From the NCBI GenBank assembly GCA_963169855.1, contig CAUJCN010000002.1:197508-261507 (forward strand): DNA of 64,000 bases. The letters run 5' to 3'. Positions 57,626 to 64,000 of this stretch are shown one piece after another. Position 1 is the first letter of the stretch. Every line of letters starts with the position of its first letter. The DNA is from Patescibacteria group bacterium. GTDB lineage: Bacteria > Patescibacteriota > Dojkabacteria > J137. The translations under genes and the position numbers were made by a program. The notes under the pieces were generated by a model. That model was not told where the DNA came from and did no database searches. It saw only the letters and a program-made list of their open reading frames with translations.

Positions 57626-59488
57626 TTAGTAGCTAATCTCGTAATCTTCGTTTTCTAGACGCAAATCTTGAATATGATCCTTAAGGAAGTTGAATGTTTG
57701 CTCTGCCTTCATTTCTTTATTTCTTAGAAGCTCATCAGCAAACGATTGAATTAATGATTTATGCTCACCTACAAGCTTTTCAGCTTCCCATTTTGATTCA
57801 GAAGCCATTTCTTGCAAGTACGAATTTGTTTTTTCGAAGTCAGTGTCATAATTTTCGCTATGCATTTCTGTGACCGGTTTGACAGATGTATTAACTCTAT
57901 CGTCTAGACCGAACTTTCTAATATAGTTTGCAATAAGACTTGTGGCTCTTTCGATATCTGATTGACTTCCGGCAGAAACCTTTTCTTCTCCCATGAATAG
58001 TTTTTCGGCCGCCATTCCAGCATATAGAACAATTAACTTCTTCTTCACATTTTCTTTAATATTAACAATCTGATGCGGGAACACAAAACCAGAGATACTG
58101 TTTGACGACGAATTCACCACAACTTGCATTGGAGCGATTTTAAATAGCTCTGAATAAAGAACTGCATGAGCCGCTTCGTGAATTGCTGTAACTTTTCTAT
58201 AAATCTCACTTTTACTTGTTCTTATTCTGTCTAATGTTCCTTGATATGAAATCTCTGAGAAAACAGAGTCTGAATTGTCCTTCCCTACGATTTGCTGTGC
58301 TTTTTCATTGTAAGAAAGATGGATTGTATTCACATTTATTTTTAGAGCTTGAGCAAGAATCATTGCTACTTTATTTTCAACAATTTCTGTAATAGTACTG
58401 AATAATGGTCTTGTTCCTTGAACTGGGAAAACACCGTTCTTGTAAATTAAGTTATGAATTGTTTGATCGAACGAAACTTCTACTCTAAAAGACTCACTAA
58501 TTTTTTCTGCTATCTTTTTAAGTCTTTCGGAAATAATTCTTTTATATGCACTTTCACTTAAACTTGGATAAATTATATGAGTGTTACCTAATCTACTTAT
58601 TTGTTCAGGTTTAAATCTTAAAGACAATGCCTCTTTAATTTTAATTACGTTGATTTGTTTGGTTTGTGCATGAAAAATATCCGCATCTACATCAGCTTGA
58701 TCGGCCTCTGCAGCCATTTCATAGGCTTCGTCTAAGTTTCCACTAATAATTACTAGTGATTTAGAAAAATCAGCCTCCTTAAGAACTGATTTTGTACTGA
58801 ACTTTTCAAAAACTAAATCATATAGTGTTGAAGCAGTGAATGTTTTTATGACTTCGATATCAAGCGGTAAATCTACAACGTTCTTTAATTTGCTAAGATC
58901 CCAACTACTCAATCTTAGTTTTGGCGGTGCTTCACCAGCTGCTTTTGCTCTTTCTTCACTTTCTCTTTCAGAATCAAGCATCGAAAGAATCGAGTAAAGC
59001 TCCATTACTGAATCCTTTACAGCAAATTTACCATCACTCAAAAGTTCCCAGAAATCTCCAAATTTTGTTTCGAAAATATCTTTTCCTTCTTGATCAATTG
59101 TTCTAAATTTCTGAATTTCGTCAAAGAAAATTATGTTTGGCTGCGATGGGTCTACAGACGTTATTCTTATTGCTTCGGCAACTGTAGACATATATCTATT
59201 GTAGCCTGCGTCTCCGTTCGTTAGAGTTATCTCTGTGAATCTTTCTCTTAAGTCCAGAAAGTCGACAAGTTTTCTAACCAAATCAGTTTTTCCGACTCCA
59301 GTTAATCCCCACAAATTTATTACAACTGGACGTGTAATAATTTCTGGCATTACATACCAGACGTATAAAGAATCAATTAGTAGATCAATTTGTTCGTCTA
59401 TTCCGAAAAATAAATTCTTCAAGTAAGATCTAGCACTGTTTAATTTTTCTTCTTGTGAGATTCTCTCGTTCATAAATCGATTATACAA
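57626..59488 (-). CDS. soluble P-loop NTPase fused to peptidase M41 (FtsH-like protease domain) without membrane anchor
   Basis: Walker A GLTGVGKTDL, Walker B IIFFDEIQK; C-terminal AIHEAAHAV (HExxH), LYAGMAAEKLFMGE and SAGSQSDIERATSLIANYIRKFGL align with FtsH HEAGHA / LYGGRLAEE / [24 protein letters not shown]; no TM helices. Confidence 0.6.
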   Translation of the reverse strand: MYNRFMNERISQEEKLNSARSYLKNLFFGIDEQIDLLIDSLYVWYVMPEIITRPVVINLWGLTGVGKTDLVRKLVDFLDLRERFTEITLTNGDAGYNRYMSTVAEAIRITSVDPSQPNIIFFDEIQKFRTIDQEGKDIFETKFGDFWELLSDGKFAVKDSVMELYSILSMLDSERESEERAKAAGEAPPKLRLSSWDLSKLKNVVDLPLDIEVIKTFTASTLYDLVFEKFSTKSVLKEADFSKSLVIISGNLDEAYEMAAEADQADVDADIFHAQTKQINVIKIKEALSLRFKPEQISRLGNTHIIYPSLSESAYKRIISERLKKIAEKISESFRVEVSFDQTIHNLIYKNGVFPVQGTRPLFSTITEIVENKVAMILAQALKINVNTIHLSYNEKAQQIVGKDNSDSVFSEISYQGTLDRIRTSKSEIYRKVTAIHEAAHAVLYSELFKIAPMQVVVNSSSNSISGFVFPHQIVNIKENVKKKLIVLYAGMAAEKLFMGEEKVSAGSQSDIERATSLIANYIRKFGLDDRVNTSVKPVTEMHSENYDTDFEKTNSYLQEMASESKWEAEKLVGEHKSLIQSFADELLRNKEMKAEQTFNFLKDHIQDLRLENEDYEISY

Positions 59489-59494
59489 TTTATT

Positions 59495-60460
59495 TTAGCG
59501 AGTTGTTACTTCTGAAGGATCTATAAATCTTTCAATTAGTGAGTGGAATTGTTCCGCCAGCTGTTCAATTAATTCTTCCTTTGAAATTTCCTTTTGAAGA
59601 TATCGTTTTAAAACAGGAGCTCCTTTTTCAATCTCAGAATAAAGTTGCACCCAGCGATCGCGCCTCGACGGATCCTTTTCATAAAGCTTTCTATAGTGTT
59701 CTAAATTCTTTGAAGGTGACATTCCAAAAACTAATACATCATTCAAGGAGTAAACTATCACTTCTTCGATAAAGTAAGAAAACGTAGCTTTATAAATGGC
59801 CTCGATAGTTCTATCAAATTCTGGGAAATGTTTTTCAAAATATACTGCTGGATTAAGTTCTTTATGAGTAAATTCGTGAGCTAAAATTAGTAGAGAATTG
59901 TTGAAATTACTTTTAGTATTTCCAGTAGTAGAAACTTGAGCGACAATTCCCTCCCCATTTGCACCACCTTGAGAAGAGTTTGGATCAGGAGAATAGGTTA
60001 TATATGCTGGTAAAACTCCACTTTTTGGAGTTGTTTCGAAAACTTCTGTAAAAATCAGAATGTTTTTTTGAGTTGTTAAATTGTTAAACTGTCTTTCTAG
60101 TTCTACTGATGTTTCTTGAATTGTTGGGAGAACAGACTCGAGCTCCTCTTTTAAAGTTTTCCCATCTTTTCTTTTGGCTTCTGCAATCGCAACTAAATGT
60201 TCTAACAACTGAGAAAATTTATCGTTTTCAGGAAATCCAGAGTAAGCCCAATTTAGTAATTCAGCTTCCTGATCCCATCCAAGCTCTGCTTTAATTCTTG
60301 CGTATTCTGACAAGTGCTGCTGGACTTCATCTGTAATTTGATAATTGGCAGTAAAGTATCTTGGAATATGTGGGCCAACAAAATAATCCCATTTAGAAGC
60401 ACCGTTTATGAAATCAACTAAAAGTACATTGTAGTTTGTTCTTACGTCAAGCGTTCGCAT
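59495..60460 (-). CDS. putative zinc metallopeptidase-like protein (HExxH)
   Basis: Single HExxH motif LILAHEFTHKEL; otherwise unrecognised. Confidence 0.4.
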   Translation of the reverse strand: MRTLDVRTNYNVLLVDFINGASKWDYFVGPHIPRYFTANYQITDEVQQHLSEYARIKAELGWDQEAELLNWAYSGFPENDKFSQLLEHLVAIAEAKRKDGKTLKEELESVLPTIQETSVELERQFNNLTTQKNILIFTEVFETTPKSGVLPAYITYSPDPNSSQGGANGEGIVAQVSTTGNTKSNFNNSLLILAHEFTHKELNPAVYFEKHFPEFDRTIEAIYKATFSYFIEEVIVYSLNDVLVFGMSPSKNLEHYRKLYEKDPSRRDRWVQLYSEIEKGAPVLKRYLQKEISKEELIEQLAEQFHSLIERFIDPSEVTTR

Positions 60461-61011
60461 TACTTTCCTCCTAATCTTACGTATTTTATGTAAGCAATTA
60501 TTAATTCATAAGCTTCGAATGCTGGAACTAAAATTGGATCTTTGTTTTCAACCATACTTTTAAATTCCTCAAACGAAAACCATTTTAATCCATCGACTTC
60601 ATCATTTTTTATATCAAGATTAAAATCGTAATTACCAAGATCAATAAATGTATGTATGAATTCGTTTTCAACGATCCCCTTTTCTGAATCAGAAAATCCA
60701 CCTCTTACAATTCCCTGCAAAAATAGTGTATCAATATTAATATCTATTCCTAATTCTTCTTTTGCTTCTTTGATTGCTGTAGAAACTGGATCTGAGCCAG
60801 CGTCAATGTGACCTGAGACTGGTGCAATCCAAAGATTAGGAAAAAGTTTTTTCAACGGAGTTCTTTTTTGTAGAAGAATATCATTGTTTTCGTTGATAAA
60901 CCAGACATGAGAAGAAGCATGCCAATCACCATCTCTATGAACTTCTGAACGATTTTTTATAGCTTCTGTTGGTCTTCCAAATTTATCGTAAAGTGTTAGA
61001 TTGTCGTCCAT
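60460..61011 (-). CDS. NUDIX hydrolase
   Basis: Nudix box GHIDAGSDPVSTAIKEAKEELGI (G.5E.7(R/K)EuxEExGu). Confidence 0.65.
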   Translation of the reverse strand: MDDNLTLYDKFGRPTEAIKNRSEVHRDGDWHASSHVWFINENNDILLQKRTPLKKLFPNLWIAPVSGHIDAGSDPVSTAIKEAKEELGIDINIDTLFLQGIVRGGFSDSEKGIVENEFIHTFIDLGNYDFNLDIKNDEVDGLKWFSFEEFKSMVENKDPILVPAFEAYELIIAYIKYVRLGGK

Positions 61012-61046
61012 TTTGATGTGTTAAATAGAATTATTCTATCACAACC

Positions 61047-61550
61047 TTACGGAGTTAAAGTGTAACCGAATACCCCTTTTGAATAGTACAAGTCGCCCCT
61101 TTTTTCGATCACAATATATGCTTGAGCATTGTAGTAAACTGAAATATTTGGATCTGTAATTTCTCCTCTGTATGTAATGTTACCTTCAATGTATTGATTA
61201 GGCTCTCCAGGTATAAATAATTTCCAGACAGTGAAGTTCTGAAAAATTCTGTCGAAGTTTAAGTAACAATAAGGTTCCCCAGGGCTCATGAAAAAGTACT
61301 GTCCTACCCAAGGATAAGATGTGATTAACGCTTCTGGACTTTCGTGACCAATTTGGAATACAGTGTTTCCATTCAAATTGAATAATCCTGGCGCATCGTT
61401 AAAATATTTATCACATACTTTATCTGGACCTGTAATTTCCAAAATTGCTGGCAACCAATAGTCTTTTGTAACAACGAACAGGAAACAACAGGAAGAGGCA
61501 ATGCAACATGCGATTAGAATGACGAAAACAAAGATAAATGGAACTTTCAT
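61047..61550 (-). CDS. secreted hypothetical protein
   Basis: Signal peptide with cysteine cluster (ILIACCIASSCCFLFV); no motif. Confidence 0.35.
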   Translation of the reverse strand: MKVPFIFVFVILIACCIASSCCFLFVVTKDYWLPAILEITGPDKVCDKYFNDAPGLFNLNGNTVFQIGHESPEALITSYPWVGQYFFMSPGEPYCYLNFDRIFQNFTVWKLFIPGEPNQYIEGNITYRGEITDPNISVYYNAQAYIVIEKRGDLYYSKGVFGYTLTP

Positions 61551-61591
61551 AATTATTTGATAACTAGTTTATGAGTACTAAATAGTGTACA

Positions 61592-61972
61592 TTACAAAGT
61601 TGCGTATAAATCGCATTTGTATCCATCGGGATCTTCCACAATACAATATCTCTGCCCCCAAAAAGCATCCCATGGTTCTTTGAAAATTGCAAATCCTGAT
61701 GATTTAATCTTTTCCGCAACTGAATTTAGTTCTTCTACAGAATCGTATTGGATTGCAAAGTGAGAATGATTACTTGGTTTTGGTTCTTCTCCTAATATTT
61801 CTGTAATCAATTTCTTGGAATCAATCATCAGTCTAGCATAACCTTCTGGTGTTTCTGGTTCTAGATGATCTTCGTCTTCTTTGTATTCTGGAAATTTGAA
61901 GCCAAGAATTGTGTAGAATTCTACAGTTCTCTTAAGATTGCTTGAGCAGACTCCAATTGCGTTTAGTTTCAT
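61592..61972 (-). CDS. VOC (glyoxalase/bleomycin-resistance) family protein
   Basis: 126 aa; MKLNAIGVCSSNLKRTVEFYTILGFKF N-terminal beta-alpha-beta-beta-beta module. Confidence 0.65.
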   Translation of the reverse strand: MKLNAIGVCSSNLKRTVEFYTILGFKFPEYKEDEDHLEPETPEGYARLMIDSKKLITEILGEEPKPSNHSHFAIQYDSVEELNSVAEKIKSSGFAIFKEPWDAFWGQRYCIVEDPDGYKCDLYATL

Positions 61973-62274
61973 ATATTTATTATACGATCGTAGTTGGAAA
62001 AAGGAAACTTAGTAAGAAAGCCGGTGGGTTATTAGAAAATTTCCAATAACACTATTGCTCAGCTTACCAAATATCCCACGGGATACTGGAATCGCTGGAC
62101 CTAAAATTCTGTGTTGAAACTCTGTGGCCACCGGCTAAATTAATTATAACTTCAAGGAAAAGAATTAGTCCAGAATTTTGTTCCAATCTTCTTATGAAAT
62201 AGAAGTATCCAAACTTTTAGCTTTTTACGTTTACATCGTCTATACTTATAGAATTCTATTTTATTCGAAATATT

Positions 62275-62796
62275 ATGAATCTAGCCATCCTCTCAGTTTT
62301 AGTTTGTGAAATTCTTCTTATCTTATTTGCAGGTTATTTGGTAATTTCCTGGATTAGCCAAACTCCGTTCTATCCTTCTTCAACGAGTAAATTGGACAAA
62401 GTTTTAAAAGATCCTTCATTGAATCTTCCAGAACACATCAATTTTGTAGATATTGGATCTGGGGACGGAAGGTTCGTTATCTGGGCAGCCAAGAAAGGTT
62501 TTAACGCGGAAGGAATCGAATACAATCCCTTTTTATCGCTTTATAGCCGTTTTAAAATATTTGTTTGGAGACTTAAAAATGCGGTGATTCATAATAAAGA
62601 TTTCAAAAAACACGACTTTAGCAAGTACAATTTTGCTTACCTGTACATCTTTTCCGAACATATGGATGGAATTAAGGAGAAATTATTCTCAGAAATGTCC
62701 GAAGGAAGTGTGATTATCACCAACAGCTTTAAGTTTGGGGATTTGCATCCAGATGCTAAAATAGACAAGTATAATATCTACTACGTTAAGAAATGA
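62275..62796 (+). CDS. class I SAM-dependent methyltransferase (small, N-terminal TM)
   Basis: Motif I VDIGSGDGRFVIWAA; N-terminal hydrophobic helix. Confidence 0.6.
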   Translation: MNLAILSVLVCEILLILFAGYLVISWISQTPFYPSSTSKLDKVLKDPSLNLPEHINFVDIGSGDGRFVIWAAKKGFNAEGIEYNPFLSLYSRFKIFVWRLKNAVIHNKDFKKHDFSKYNFAYLYIFSEHMDGIKEKLFSEMSEGSVIITNSFKFGDLHPDAKIDKYNIYYVKK

Positions 62797-63374
62797 GACT
62801 TTTTATAGGATTATTCCCACCACAAAGTTTTCTTCGGTTTGTTACGGAGACAATGCGTGAGTTCGACAAGGAAAAGAGAAATTTGAATAACATTCCTTTG
62901 GAACAAATTCATTTGACGCTTAAATTTATAGGTTCCGAAGTGAGCCTGGAAACTTATGACGAAATTTATGATCTTTTGAAAAGATTTGAAGGCCAATATA
63001 CTAAGCCTGAAATCTCGGTTAATAAAGTTCGATTGGGATTCCCTGGGCAAATCGATCCTAGACATTTAATTCTGGATATCGAATCAACAGATACTCTTTT
63101 GGAGCTTTCAAATTCTTTACATAAATTGATTAAACATCTTGGCTTAAGAGATACTATTCGATGGAAAGATAAACAGTTCAATGAATTCCATGTTTCCATT
63201 TCGAAATTGAAGGACAGTGCCTCTTCTACAAAAGGTAAAGATATTAAAAGAATTTGCGAAACTTTAAAAACTCCTATTCCAGAATCGTTCTACCCCGAAG
63301 AAATGCTTTTAATGGAAAGCGTGTTAATAAATGGAGTTCCTAAATACAGAAAACTTGCGAGTATAAAGTTGTAA
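62793..63374 (+). CDS. RNA 2',3'-cyclic phosphodiesterase (2H phosphoesterase, ThpR/LigT family)
   Basis: Two H-x-(T/S)-x motifs: HLTLKFIG and FHVSISK. Confidence 0.7.
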   Translation: MRLFIGLFPPQSFLRFVTETMREFDKEKRNLNNIPLEQIHLTLKFIGSEVSLETYDEIYDLLKRFEGQYTKPEISVNKVRLGFPGQIDPRHLILDIESTDTLLELSNSLHKLIKHLGLRDTIRWKDKQFNEFHVSISKLKDSASSTKGKDIKRICETLKTPIPESFYPEEMLLMESVLINGVPKYRKLASIKL

Positions 63375-63480
63375 AGTTTTTCAGCCTTTTTGAATATTTC
63401 GAGACTGTAAGCTAATCTATCTTAATCTTTCTGACTCTCTTTACATTCGAATGCTACTTCGTTGACATACCCAATCTCTG

Positions 63481-63954
63481 CTATTTTGAAACAACTGTAG
63501 CAAGTCCATTAAAATTGATCCGTAGCGTATCTAGATCCGCTCTTTGTAAATAGTTCTCTAAATCAGATAATGGGTCGACTGTGAAAAAGGATTTTTTAAG
63601 TATATCGAAGTACAGGACCACAAGATGCCTACTGCCTAAAACTTCATGTTGAATAGAAATCATGGCATAGCTATTCGAAACATTGGTTAAGAACCTGCAT
63701 ACTGTTGATAAATCCACACCTATAAGAGCTTCTGCTCGTAAATCAAAAACTTCGAAAAGTTGACTTGATATTCTATGGTCATATCCTCCCAATATACTAA
63801 ATGCCGGTACAAGATTTTCATCAGGATCGCTAACATAAAAATTTTGTGTATAAATAGAGTCAGCTGGTCCTAAAGTAATATCCAGTACCTCATTGCCCTC
63901 TAGGTATCTAGCCTTTGCCACTCTCACATTATTTTTGTGGAGTCCTGCTAACAT
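63481..63954 (-). CDS. hypothetical protein
   Basis: 157-aa ORF, no motif. Confidence 0.35.
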   Translation of the reverse strand: MLAGLHKNNVRVAKARYLEGNEVLDITLGPADSIYTQNFYVSDPDENLVPAFSILGGYDHRISSQLFEVFDLRAEALIGVDLSTVCRFLTNVSNSYAMISIQHEVLGSRHLVVLYFDILKKSFFTVDPLSDLENYLQRADLDTLRINFNGLATVVSK

Positions 63955-64000
63955 TATAGCTATTTGCTTTGGTGTAACAGTACTTGCTAGCTCAGAAACC

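Overview
The window is AT-rich and gene-dense. Most genes lie on the minus strand and many abut or overlap at start and stop codons. Gene content is recognisably bacterial. The mix of surface proteins, a sortase, an archaeal-type CMP-kinase-like gene and a salvage-type nucleotide toolkit fits a reduced-genome, possibly CPR/Patescibacteria-like organism; that placement is inference only. Three tRNA or tRNA-like genes are present.

Securely identifiable housekeeping genes:
- nusA
- pnp
- murG
- a MurJ-like flippase
- rsmA/ksgA
- pgk
- asnB
- trhO
- an ABC-F ATPase
- a GldA/GldFG-like ABC pair
- a WecA-like GT4 transferase
- an SPFH protein
- an SDR
- a CaCA antiporter
- a NUDIX hydrolase
- a ThpR/LigT 2H phosphoesterase

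Features worth a second look:
1. A roughly 12 kb stretch (3.0-15.0 kb) holds three paralogous CYTH-like (triphosphate tunnel) genes. Each is welded to a different nucleotide- or nucleic-acid-binding partner: an EVE domain; an NDT-like protein plus a guanylate-kinase-like protein plus a Mug-like UDG-superfamily protein; and a DNPH1-like N-hydrolase homologue whose catalytic-Glu position is Gln.
2. A compact three-gene operon of CR-type zinc-finger miniprotein, unknown protein and COG3910-like ABC-type ATPase (33.7-35.2 kb).
3. An operon of NUDIX, HExxH protein and soluble P-loop/M41 (FtsH-like) protein next to a tandem tRNA-Gln locus with an unusually extended acceptor helix and a degenerate second copy.
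4. A three-copy intergenic repeat family built from GGGCTGTGAG decamers and CAAGATT/CAAGGTT heptad tandems.
5. A roughly 400 bp hairpin-rich non-coding island between convergent genes.

No CRISPR array, rRNA, transposase or integrase was recognised.
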